Shown: positions 50,235 through 63,603, counted from the first letter of the stretch. The stretch is DNA of 64,000 nucleotides from Octopus sinensis (GCF_006345805.1 NC_042998.1:184326001-184390000), one strand, 5' to 3'. Made by a program: numbers and translations. The notes: generated by a model from the letters alone, not told the origin.

Positions 50235-52935
50235 CATCATCATCGTTTAACGTCCGCTTTCCATGCTAGCATGGGTTGGACGGTTCAACTGGGGTCTGGG
50301 AAGCCCGAAGGCTGCACCAGGCCAGTCAGATGTGGCAGTGTTTCTACAGCTGGATGCCCTTCCTAACGCCAACCACTCCGAGAGTGTAGTGGGTGATTTT
50401 ATGTGCCACCGACACAGGTGCCAGACGAGGCTGGCAGACGGCCACGCTCGGATGGTTTTTTTATGTGCCACCGACACAGGTGCCAGACGAGGCTGGCAGA
50501 CGGCCACGCTCGGATGGTGTTTTTTTATGTGCCACCGACACAGGTGCCAGACGAGGCTGGCAGACGGCCACGCTCGGATGGTGTTTTTTATGTGCCACCG
50601 ACACAGGTGCCAGACGAGGCTGGCAGACGGCCACGCTCGGATGGTGTTTTCTTATGTGTCACCGACACAGGTGCTAGACGAGGCTGGCGGACGGCCACGC
50701 TCGGATGGTGTTTGTTACGTGCCCTCAGCACGGAGGCCAGTCATTGCGGTACTGGCTACGGTCACGTTCGGATGGTTTTCTTATGTGCCACCGGCACTGG
50801 TACCACAAGGATACAAATTCCATTGATGTTCATCTATTTTGATTTGGTTCGATTTGATTTGATACGATTCGATTCGATTCTCACTTGCCTCAACAGGTCT
50901 TCACAAGTGTCACAAGAAGGAAGGTATGCACAGGTGGACTGACTACGTCCCAGGTAGGGGCCACGGATTATGGCTTCACTAGTCTTGCCGGGTCTTCTCA
51001 CGCACAGCATACTTCCATAGGTCTCGGTCTCTAGTCATTTCCATGGTGAGACCTAACGTCCGAAGGTCGTGCTTCACCACCTCGTCCCAGGTTTTCCTGG
51101 GTCTACCTCTTCCACGGGTTCCCTCAACTGCTAGGGATTGGCACTTTCTCACACACCTCTCTTCATCCATTCTCGCCACATGACCATACCAGCGCAATCG
51201 TCTCTCTTGCACACAACAACTGATGCTTCTTAGGTACAACATTTCTCTCAAGGTACTAACGCTCTGTCGAGTAAGTACACTGACATTACACATCCATCGG
51301 AGCATACTGGCTTCGTTCCTCACGAGCTTACGCATGTCCTCAGCAGTCACGGCCCATGTTTCACTGCCATGTAGCATAGCTGTTCGTACACATGCATCAT
51401 ACAGTCTGCCTTTTACTCTGAGCGAGAGGCCTTTAGTCACCAGCAGAGGTAAGAGCTCCCTAAACTTTGCCCAGGCTATTCTTATTCTAGCAGTTACACT
51501 TTCAGCGCACCCACCCCCACTACTGACTTGGTCACCTAGATAGCGGAAACTATCAACTACTTCTAGTTTTTTCCCCCCGGAAAGTGACAGAAGTTGTTTT
51601 CTGCAGATTTTCGGAGGTCAGTGCTCCAGAGCACCTGCCACATACAAAACTATCTTCCCAGTTAGCCTACCTTTGACATTGCTGCACCTCTTATGTGTCC
51701 ATAGCTTACACTGGGTACATCTTATAGAGTTTCTACCTACACCTTTTCTACAGATCGAACAGGGCCATCTTCCTGATGATATTTGTGGGTTTTCTACCTT
51801 TCTACTTATTAGTACTTTGGTTTTAGCTAGGTTGACTCTAAGGCCCCTCGATTCTAAACCCTCCTTCCACACCTGGAACTTCTCCTCCAGTTCTGATAGT
51901 GACTCAGCGATTAGAGCGAGGTCGTCAGCATAGAGGAGCTCCCAGGGGCAACCGGTCTTGAATTCCTCCGTTATTGCCTGGAGGACTATGATAAATAGGA
52001 GGGGGCTGAGTACTGAACCCTGGTGGACCCCAACCTCTACTTTGAATTCTTCTGTGTACATGTTGCCAACTCTAACCTTACTTACGGCATCTCTGTACAT
52101 GGCTTGCACAGCCCTCACCAGCCATTCATCTATCCCTAGTTTCCTCATTGACCACCAGATGAGGGATCGGGGGACCCTATCAAAGGCTTTCTCCATGTCA
52201 ACAAAAGCCAGGTACAGGGGCTTATCCTTGGCTAGGTATTTCTCCTGCAGCTGCCTTACCAGGAATATAGCATCAGTGGTGCTTTTCCCTGGGACAAACC
52301 CAAACTGCATCTCATCTAAACTAACTCTCTCTCTAATTAGTTGGGCTAAGACCCTCTCCGTAACCTTCATTACCTGATCCAACAGCTTGATACCTCTGTA
52401 ATTATTTGTATCCAGGGCATCACCTTTACCTTTGTAGCAGTTGACTAGTATGCTGCTACACACCAGTCATTGGGTATGACTCCTTCGTGTATCACCTGGT
52501 TGACTATACGGGTGACTAGGTTATAGCCGACACTGCCAGATATTTTGAGCATCTCTGCAGTAATTCCTGATGGGCCTGGGGCTTTCCCTGTCTTCATGCT
52601 CCTAACTGCCTTAGCTACTACGGAACTATCAACTCGGATAGCTGGTCCCTCTGTTGGGTCAACATTTGGCAGACTCTCTTTATCCCATTCATTTTCTTTA
52701 TTCAGCAAACTTTCATAGTGGCATCTCCAAACCTCTCTCTTTGCATCCTCATTTAGCGCAAGTGAACCATCATCCATGCGAACACACTTCTCTCCTACCA
52801 CATCACGATTCTCTCTCACACACTGTCTTGCAACACGAAATACCTCAAGTCTTTCATCCTCACGGCTCAGAACATTGGCAAATTTTTTCTTATCCGCTTC
52901 CCCTCTGGCTATATAAACCTGTCTCCTAGCTTCCC
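50235..52935 (-). mobile_element. Young 5'-truncated RTE LINE (2.7 kb) with RT, Cys-rich domain, repeat-containing 3'UTR and 7-bp TSD
   Basis: Long ORF pieces separated by a few frameshifts, with LYADD; ctaatat at 50228-50234 and 52936-52942. Confidence 0.95.
50401..50716. repeat. Five tandem units of about 63 bp in the RTE 3'UTR
   Basis: Units start at 50401, 50463, 50527, 50590 and 50654. Confidence 0.9.
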
Positions 52936-53197
52936 CTAATATGAATATGAAAATATGTCTGTCTTTTAAATATATATCAGGCACCAACACAATCTCATTT
53001 CAAGGTACCTACTTAACAAGCAAGTACAACTCTGAAACAAATTTTTGCTTCAGACAATCTAAAACACTAAATTAAAACGAAATCCAGAGGACAGTTGAAA
53101 AAAGCACATTTTCTAGCTAATCATTGAATTCCTCCACGAAATTCTTAACAACTATGTACAGTTGTAGCATTTTAAAGTAACTATTTCATGAATTTAT

Positions 53198-53490
53198 TGT
53201 TGTATTTAGGAATGGTCATTTTGCCAGTTTAGCCAATGAAAACACGCGCACTATATATTTGGTGTTACTTTGCTTCAGCATTATTTATTTTTAACATTAA
53301 TCTTAATCTTATTTTGGCCAGTAGTCTAAAACTTAAATTTGCGAAGTAAAATTAGATGTCGTATTTCGGCCAGAAATAAGATTAAGATTAATGTTAAAAA
53401 TAAATAATGCTGAAGCAAAGTAACATCAAATATACAGTGCGTGTGTTTTTATTGGCTAAACTGGCAAAATGACCATTCCTAAATACAACA
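53198..53490. mobile_element. Foldback/MITE-like inverted repeat (arms about 120 bp)
   Basis: tgttgtatttaggaatggtcattttgccag... / ...ctggcaaaatgaccattcctaaatacaaca. Confidence 0.85.
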
Positions 53491-53699
53491 TTATCTGTTT
53501 CAACACACGATTTCACATCAAAAATCTTGCAAAACAAATATATAAACGTATTTCATGAACTCTTACAGTTTAAAACTTAAATTTACGAAGTAAAATTAGA
53601 TGTTCTATTTTTATATGAATTCGTATGGCAAGATGAGAAACTAACTCTTCTTGCTGTAGGCTAATGCATTTAGTCAGTTGAGTTATCTCCCTTCGGAAA

Positions 53700-53760
53700 T
53701 GCTTGTATTCCGGAAGTTCATAAGAATACTTTCATGATGTGCACGTGGTGTTACTACAGA
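53700..53760 (+). promoter_or_regulatory. Putative PNO1 core promoter (ETS-like CCGGAAGT and E-box CACGTG)
   Basis: ttccggaagt at 53708-53717 and cacgtg at 53742-53747, about 100-130 bp upstream of the ATG. Confidence 0.5.
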
Positions 53761-53843
53761 CTCGTTTAATATCGCAGATCTTTTTAGAGGTACGTGGATA
53801 TATATATATATATACATTTGTCAATTTGAATTGATTTAAAAAT

Positions 53844-54572
53844 ATGGAAAAACCCGTGGAAGCTCATGCTGAGGTTGACTCTGTTGAGGTGAACTCAAGA
53901 AAACGGAAAAAACCTCTAGACAGCGATGTTGAAATGAAAGATTGCACCACTAACGAAGATTCGGTAGATATATCACCGCCAAAGAAACCACAGTATCCTC
54001 CGATATCAGCAGCTTCCGCAACTGGTAAATCGGAAAGGCGTAAAATTCCAGTTCCCGCACATAGATATACACCTCTTAAGGAAAACTGGTTGAAAATTTA
54101 CACTCCTGTAGTTGAACAACTGAAATTACAAGTACGATTCAATATAAAGACGAGAAATGTAGAACTGCGTACTTGTAAAAGCACCACAGAAATTGGAGCA
54201 CTACAGAGAGGAGCGGATTTCGTACGTGCGTTTACTCTCGGTTTCGACATCGACGATTCTTTAGCCTTACTTCGTCTGGAAGAACTTTATTTGGAAACGT
54301 TCGATGTTACCGACGTGAAACCTTTGAAAGGAGATCACTTAGGTCGTGCTGTTGGTCGGCTGGCTGGCCGGAACGGCAAAACTAAATTTACCATCGAGAA
54401 TGTTACCAAGACGAGGATTGTTTTAGCTGATACGAAAATTCATTTGTTAGGTTCTTTTCAGAATATCAAAACTGCACGAAGAGCTATTTGTAATTTGATT
54501 TTGGGTAGTCCACCCTCAAAAATATACGGTAAGTTACGCACTATAGCGTCACGAACATCTGAAAGTTTCTAA
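53844..54572 (+). CDS. PNO1: RNA-binding protein PNO1/Dim2 (KH domains; pre-40S biogenesis), intronless CDS
   Basis: RKIPVPAHRYTPLKENW, DVKPLKGDHLGRAVGRLAG, TKFTIENVTKTRIVLAD, ILGSPPSKIYG; intact 242-aa ORF. Confidence 0.97.
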   Translation: MEKPVEAHAEVDSVEVNSRKRKKPLDSDVEMKDCTTNEDSVDISPPKKPQYPPISAASATGKSERRKIPVPAHRYTPLKENWLKIYTPVVEQLKLQVRFNIKTRNVELRTCKSTTEIGALQRGADFVRAFTLGFDIDDSLALLRLEELYLETFDVTDVKPLKGDHLGRAVGRLAGRNGKTKFTIENVTKTRIVLADTKIHLLGSFQNIKTARRAICNLILGSPPSKIYGKLRTIASRTSESF

Positions 54573-54849
54573 TGGGAGACTGGAACAGATCTGACTAAAA
54601 CAGTTATGTACAATTTATATGGAATCATTTTAGATCCCATGCCCAAGACTTTACCGGAATCTATTGATAATTTCTTGTATGAATTATCAATAAGTGAAAG
54701 GAACATTCAATTCAGATGTGTACAAATGAAAGAACAGTAAAAATTAAAATTATTTTTGTCAAGTTATTTATTTAAAATGCTTCATTAAATTTTGCAATGT
54801 CATTTTTAGTCTTTTGTTCAATATTCTAAAATTGAATCAGTTCAAATAA

Positions 54850-55238
54850 GATATTGGCAATCTTTCGTCTGTAGTAGACCATTCCGTCGATTTCCGTAAA
54901 AAAATTTTTTTTTTTTACATATGGGCTTGCGGGAACTTTTGAAGTAATGAGAGCGAAAGAGACTAAGAGAAAGCGATTGTATGACTAGGGAAGTTCTTTT
55001 GAAGTTACCGTGCATGGGAAGCATTGATGGGGTGTGGGAGACAGACAGTATGTTGTGTAAGTGAAGTGCTTCTGTTAGTGTGTGAAAGAAAGAGATAACT
55101 GAAATTTTTTACTCGGTGTATGTGCATATGTATGTATATTACTTCAAAAGTTCCCGCAAGCCCATATGTAAAAAAAAATATTTTTTTACGGAAATCGACG
55201 GAAAGGTCTGCTAGAGACGAAAGATCGCCAAGATATTT
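54850..55238. mobile_element. MITE with about 95-bp TIRs
   Basis: atctttcgtct...gggcttgcgggaacttttgaagtaat / attacttcaaaagttcccgcaagccc...agacgaaagat. Confidence 0.85.
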
Positions 55239-55271
55239 GTATTCACATATGTGTCCACAAATGAAAGTATA

Positions 55272-55646
55272 CTCTTTTTACTCTTTTACTTGTTTCAGTC
55301 ATTTGACTGCGGCCATGCTGGAGCACCGCCTTTAGTCGAGCAAATCGACCCCGGGACTTATTCTTTGTAAGCCCAGTACTTATTCTATCGGTCCCTTTAG
55401 CCGAACTGCTAGGTGACAGGGACGTAAACGCACCAGCATCGGTTGTCAAGCAATGCTAGGGAGACAAACACATACATATATACGACAGGCTTCTTTCAGT
55501 TTCCGTCTACCAAATCCACTCACAAGACTTTGGTCGGCCCGAGGCTCTAGCAGAAGACACTTGCCCAAGATGTCACGCAGTGGGACTGAACCCGGAACCA
55601 TGTGGTTGGTTAGCAAGCTACTTACCACACAGCCACTCCTGCGCCT
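55272..55646 (-). mobile_element. Full-length tRNA-derived SINE (family A)
   Basis: Near-identical to 28995-29392. Confidence 0.9.
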
Positions 55647-56282
55647 ATTAGTTGTCTAATACTTCTAAGCAACCTAAATGTCCTGTTGGAACGAATCCCA
55701 ATTGTTGATATGCAGAGCTAATCTAGTCGAAATTTTTACCATACAGGCTTACTTTAACATTTATGTCCTTTTTTTTTCAAATGAAGATTTGGCTGTTATT
55801 TCCAGCACTTTGATTCGCCGCAGAAAGCCTCCCTGGTACCGAAACGGTGTCAGTCTTTTTACTTCAACCGGTGTATTGTGAATTAAGTAATGACTCTCTG
55901 CAGAGCCCTGGGCAAAAAATGGGTATTTTTAAATACAATTTTCAAAAAGTATTTCATGTCGTGTAGATTACAATTATGTATCGGAATTGATGCGAAAAAA
56001 GGGGGGGGGCTGACAATTTGTACCTCATCAAAATGTATAATCGAAGTGTATGAATAATCTCCGATCCTATCTTTTGTTGAAATTCTAGGTACTATTTAAG
56101 AAGTGTGCGCGCATTCGCGCTAGCTAGTCGTGACTAGTCGATTATTTGTGTTTTTTTTTTCTATTTACTTTGTGTAAAAAAAACTGGCGATGTTACGGTA
56201 TAGGTACCGGTGTGCTTCCGGAAGTACCAGATACATTTAAAAGAAGTTTTTTTTTTATATATATGGAGGATTAGGGTTAGGG

Positions 56283-56722
56283 GGTACTACTAGGGAAGAC
56301 TGGACCCGGTGCGCGCAATCGCGTGTCCGCGCTAGCTGAACGTAAGTAGTCGATCCTGCAACGACTTGCGCGTATGCAAATGAGTTGATTTTACAGAGTA
56401 AAATAAAAGAATTTTTTAAAGAAAGTAAATAAATTATTTCTTAGAACAATGTATATGATTTTTTTACATAAATCAAACAAAATGTGTGTGATATATTCTT
56501 TTAGTTTTTAATCATGTGTGTGTGTGTATATACACACCTATACAAATAGATATTGTATGTGTGATATATTCTTTTACTAGTTTTTAGTTTTTGGACAGCA
56601 TCCATAGTAGGTACATCATTCATATATATATATATATGTAAGTATTATGTATATAGATATGTGTGTGTATGTGAGTATATATATATGGGCGCGCACCGGG
56701 TCCAGTCTTCGCTAGTAGTACC
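56283..56722. mobile_element. MITE-like element with about 34-bp inverted repeats
   Basis: ggtactactagggaagactggacccggtgcgcgc / gcgcgcaccgggtccagtcttcgctagtagtacc. Confidence 0.75.
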
Positions 56723-57431
56723 ATACGAGTATATCGGTCCCGGTGCGCGCAATTCGAAAACTTAAGCTATGTTAAACAAACAAATTACAATTTTCTCAAG
56801 AAAGCCAAAGAAAAGTGTTTTATTTTGGCACATTCTACTTGTATACGAAGTTTAAAAGTGACTAGAAATTGTGTTGACATGTGCCGTTCAAAGGAAAAAA
56901 AACCTGCCATTCTTTCAATGCCTCGTTGAACTCCGACCCTAGAAGCATTTAATTGATGACAGTGTTCATGTTGTAAAATTTGCAACATTGAATTAGTGTA
57001 TTTAACTATTCTCTTTATCTTGATGTTTCTTTTCCTATTTCAGAATATCACCTTATGTTGACCCACAAGAAACTTCTTCATTCAGATGTGCCTTTCATAT
57101 TTTTACATCGTTTCATCAACTAAAGCAAGATGACATGATTTATCAGCAGCATTCATCAATACATCAAAATTTATATGAATACAATATTTTTCTTGTCTTC
57201 ACTGTTTGGAATGTAGAGGAAGTGATTGCCTTACAGGTTAATTAAGGTGGGATAACTTTACAAACGAGTTGACGATTTTCTATCAGCTCATTTAGATATT
57301 ATGATCACAGATGGAAGAAAGATAGCTGCAAATTCTTTTCTAGAAAGAGTGGCAGAACTGAAAACAAAGATGTTTATAGAGATGAAGGAAACATTATTAT
57401 TGTGATATGTATAATAAATTATTCTTTCACA

Positions 57432-59300
<1,869 letters not shown>

Positions 59301-59835
59301 AAGCTACATCCGTACACATGGGTATTCACAACAATCGTAACTGTACCAATGTCAGAATTTATTAAAACATTACAACAATGAAGTCTGTTTTGTCAGCTGT
59401 CATGCAGGGTTTTTTCCAATCATCAATTTGAATACCGTCAGTGTGAACCTCAAATATGTCATCATCTGTAAAAATATTGACTCTGAGTTAACTTGATTGC
59501 TAAAAAAGCCTGTGTTTGGATTTTGAGGAATTTGCTACAAAAGAATAATGAATAAAAAATCAGAATAAAAGTTAGACCATTATGTGTTCGTTTTGTTACT
59601 CAATATCTAGACACTGTTTCCTCTGTTCCTTAAATCTCGCATCTGGCACAACGGCACACCCGTTCAATACTAACTGCTCACCTCCCTGTTGTGGGATTTT
59701 TTCTCACCTAGGGATTTGGTGCTGATGTTACATGTCCATACACACTGTTCAAGTACAGGTATGGAATCCCCAACACTACGTGGATGGTCTTGTTATTCAA
59801 ATGCCTTGCTTCCATTGGCTCCTGAAATTTATTTG

Positions 59836-60065
59836 TACTCTTTTAGTCTTTTATTCTTTGACGTGTTTCAGTCATTTGACTGAGACCATTCTGGAGCACC
59901 ACCTTCAAGGGAGTCAATGGAAGAAATCGACCCCAAGACTTAGTCTTTGTAAGTCTAGTATTGATTTTATTGGTGACTTTTGCTAAACCTCAGTTACAGG
60001 GACATAAACACACCCGTACCAATGGTTAAGCGATGGCCGGTGGAAAAATGCACACACACACACAT
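59836..60065 (-). mobile_element. SINE family A 3' fragment (old)
   Basis: tttcagtcatttgactg...gagcaccacc body. Confidence 0.7.
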
Positions 60066-60539
60066 ATATACATAATCATTGTCATCCATTGTTTTAAATT
60101 CAGGATTTGTCCCCACTAATGGGGGTGGTTGGATCTACCTCAATGCCTTAGCAACCGAGGCAGGCAGGTTCAGCCCACCCCAACCTTTGGGCTGCTGTCA
60201 TGAGGCTTTTTGGAGCTGTCATCATCTGTAATGTTGCTTACCCACAACCTCAGTTTCTAGACATGAGTGTTCCAGAGTACATGGATTCTGCTATGCCATG
60301 GTTTTTAAGAAATATGGTAGAAAATTAGCTTAGGAAGGCAGGGATACCACTCACTGAGACCCCGTTTGGAGCCCACCAACCAAACATACATACATACACC
60401 CACATATATATATATTTATATAAAATTAGAAAAAAACCCACCTTTTATGAATTCTAGAAAATTACATATAATATAAATATTAAAATTAAAATAATAAAAT
60501 GTCAAAGATTAAGTAAATTGCAAAAAAATAATAATAAAA

Positions 60540-60868
60540 ACGTCCGATGCCAGCGACGCCTCAACTGGCTTCCGAGTCGGTGGCACGTAAAAAGCACCAT
60601 CCAAAGCCAGTGCCGCCTCGACTGGCTTCCATGCAGGTGGCACATAAAATGCACCAATCCGACCGTGGCCGATGCCTGGCACCAGTGCAGGTGGCACGTA
60701 AAAAGCACCCACTACACTCACGGAGTGGTTGGCGTTAGGAAGGGCATCCAGCTGTAGAAACATTGCCAGATAAGACCAGAGCCTGGTGCAGCCTTCTGGC
60801 TTCCGAGATCCCCAGTCGAACCGTCCAACCCATGCTAGCATGGAGAATGGACGTTAAACGATGATGAT
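60540..60868 (+). mobile_element. RTE 3'-tail copy
   Basis: Repeat units plus shared tail. Confidence 0.9.
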
Positions 60869-61163
60869 GTATATAATTTGTAGAATAACAATAATAATTA
60901 TTATATATATATACAGCCTTCTTTCAATTTCCCTCTACCAAATTTACTCAGAAGGGTTTGGTCAGCCCAAGTATATAGTAGAAGACACTTACCAAAGGTG
61001 TTGTGCACTGGGACTGAACATGAAACCATATAGTTTGGAAGCAAGCTTCTTACCAGACAGCCACACCTATGTATGTGTGTGTGTGTAAGGAACCAATTTC
61101 TGTCTACAATGTTGTTACTTAATTCATTGGGAAAAGCATTCACAGCTAGCAAGCCAAGCTACT

Positions 61164-61204
61164 CCAGACTGATGAAGGGTTATGGCTCTGAAACTAGTCT
61201 TTGC
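61164..61204 (+). ncRNA. Minimal type I hammerhead ribozyme candidate
   Basis: caga-CTGATGA-agggt tat ggctct-GAAA-ctagTC-tttg; intact core and palindromic ACTAGT stem III. Confidence 0.6.
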
Positions 61205-61264
61205 TTGCTGCTTTGCTGGGTGGAGGTGCTTATCTCCCCTGTTTGAAAAACTCATTTTTATTAT

Positions 61265-61612
61265 ACTACTACTACTACTATGGCAATCCCTCAAGGTCGA
61301 GGATGATGGTCTTCGCGCAAATTTATTGGTGAGTCCGCAGGTGACTGATAAGACCAATTCTTGCTCAAAAAGATTGGTCACAGTGCGGACATCTAGTGCC
61401 AGAAGGGAGAGCTCACGTGGTTGTTGTTGGCACTCCTTCCGTCGTCGTCTTTTCGACTTGAAATTCGCCGTTCCCTCATGGATGGTGGTTTTCCAGAGTG
61501 GTCTGTTTTTTGCCGTTTCCTCCCAGTTGGTGAAGTCAATGTCACACTTTTTGAGGTTCGATTTCAGGGAGTCCTTGTAGCGTTTCTTCTGGCCTCCTTT
61601 TGTACGATACAG
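61265..61612 (-). mobile_element. Second RTE/BovB-like LINE family, 3' end
   Basis: RTKGGQKKRYKDSLKSNLKKC...WEETAKNRPLW; (AGT)n tail. Confidence 0.85.
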
Positions 61613-61879
61613 AGTTGTTAAAGTTTGCATTCTTTTATTACACATATGTTACAAATAATCACCAATGTCAATGTATAATCATAAGACCAGGCATTTTGTT
61701 TTATAGTAACGATGCTGAAGTTAGACCATGATGAAATCAATATTGGCAGCAGTGATGAAATTGAGGCTGACGATGACAAATTTGAGAAGAAAGAACCCTA
61801 TAAATTACACTAATTGTTCTTAGCATAATTCCTCCTTCAGTGAATAGTGTTTATATATATATATAAATATTATTAATGT

Positions 61880-62135
61880 GGATGCGCGTGGCTTAGTGGT
61901 TAGGGTGTCAGCATTATGATTGTAGGATTGTGGTTTCGATTCCTGGACCGGGCGAAGCATTGTGTTCTTGAGCAAAACACTTCATTTCACGTTGCTCCAG
62001 TCCACTCAGCTGGCAAAAATTAGTATCGCTGCAATGGACTGGCATCCCATCCAGCTGGGGAACACATATACCATTGAAACCTGAAAACCGGGCCCATGAG
62101 CCTGGCTATGCTTTAAAAGGGCGCATTTATTTATT
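61880..62135 (+). mobile_element. tRNA-derived SINE
   Basis: tggcttagtggttagg A-box, gtttcgattcc B-box, (TTTA)n tail. Confidence 0.85.
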
Positions 62136-62204
62136 TGTTATATATTGTTAATAGTAATAATAATGTGACAACAAAAGAATAAATGACACTGATATTATGT
62201 AAAT

Positions 62205-63590
62205 TTCTCCTGCAGTTGCTTTACCAGAAATACAGCATCAATGGTGCTTCTACCCATTACAAACCAAACTGCATCTCATCTAGGCTAACTCTCTCCCTAA
62301 TTTGTTGGGCTATAACCCTCTCTGTGACTTTCAACACCTGACCCAATAATTTGATACACCTGTAGTTATTTCTGTCTAAAGTATCACCTTTCCTCTTGTA
62401 GCAGTTGACTATGGTGCTGCTACACAAGTCATTGGGTATGACTCCTTCATGAACTACCTGATTTACAATGTGGGTGACAAGACCATAACCAACACAACCC
62501 AATATTTTAAGTATCCCAGCAGTGATTCTTGATGGGCCTGGTGATTTTCCCTGTCTTCATATCCTTAATTACTTCATCTACCTGGGTACTGTTGATTCGG
62601 ATAGCTGGTCTGTCAACTGGGTCAATATCTGTCAGACTCTCCTCCACCCATTCATTCTCCACATTCAGCAGTCTTCCATAGTGGCTTCAACAAGCCCTTT
62701 TCTTTGCAGAATCATTAAATGCAAGGGCACCATCATCCATGCGGACACATTTCTTTCCTATGACATCACGGTTTTCTCTCTCACACACTGTCTTGAAATC
62801 CATAATACTTCAGTTCTCTGGTCCTCACATCGCTGAGCATTAGGAAACCCCTTCTCTTCTACTACTCCCTGTCTCTTAGCTTCCCTTTTGGCTATCTGGT
62901 ACATTCTCCTGCTACCCCAACTCTTACAGGCATTCCAGGCCTGTTTCTTTACACTAATGGTCGTCTACAGTATTGTTCCACCACCATGTTATAACATCAT
63001 TAGGTAAGACAAGCTGACACTGAATCAGCTTCGCTGACTGACAGGTGATGATCATTTAGGGAATGCACGGGCTAAAACTACGCGCCTTCACTAGCCAGTT
63101 AAGGTGAGACAGTGTCATGTGACAACTTGCTGGAGCCTAGCGGCAGGTATTTAAAGGGTAAAATTTGACAAGTCAGTCAGTCACCGGCTGACACTCGCTG
63201 ACGATACATCAAAGAGGCCAGGGAACAAAAGAAAGAATACATGCACCCAACACCAGAGCTGAAGACACCTCCGAAAGGGGGTAGGCCCCGCCATGTCAAA
63301 ATGGTAGAGGAGTAGGAGCCGAAACCGGACGTGGTTCCTCCTGATGATGTCTTGAGCTAACTGGATCCTGTAAAGGAGCTGTTGTGATAGCAGACCACGA
63401 AACATAGTTGTAATTCCCACCTAGGTCTGGAAAGGACATTGCACCAGTCACAGATTTGGTCTGTGTTACTCAGCAACCTGTCTCACAGGAATTCCCAGCT
63501 CCCTTCTATGTCATCAAATTTCTCGGTAAGGATATCCCTAAATCTGTGACCATATGAACGGTTCTTAAGCTTCCAAGTCCTTCTTTTCCA
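62205..63590 (-). mobile_element. Degenerate RTE LINE internal fragment, interrupted at about 62992-63419
   Basis: WKRRTWKLK...SRPR | VTWWWNN...GKSPGPS...NYRCIKLL...MQFG. Confidence 0.85.
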
Positions 63591-63603
63591 ATTAATAAGT
63601 AAA

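Noticed and set aside
50401-50716. Regular repeat array resembling CRISPR
   Set aside because: Units are contiguous with no unique spacers, lie within an RTE 3'UTR, and there are no cas genes in this eukaryotic context.
50263-50942. Multiple overlapping ORFs such as MLAWVGR...QLDALPNANHS
   Set aside because: Antisense translations of the repeated RTE tail, recurring at every copy.
53788-53843. Possible PNO1 5'UTR intron (GAG|GTACGT)
   Set aside because: No AG acceptor before the ATG.
1-54572. PATL1 and PNO1 as a functional RNA-metabolism cluster
   Set aside because: They act in different pathways and lie more than 20 kb apart. Adjacency alone is not evidence.
56271-56283. Telomeric TTAGGG repeats
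   Set aside because: Only two units at a repeat edge; not a telomere or interstitial array.
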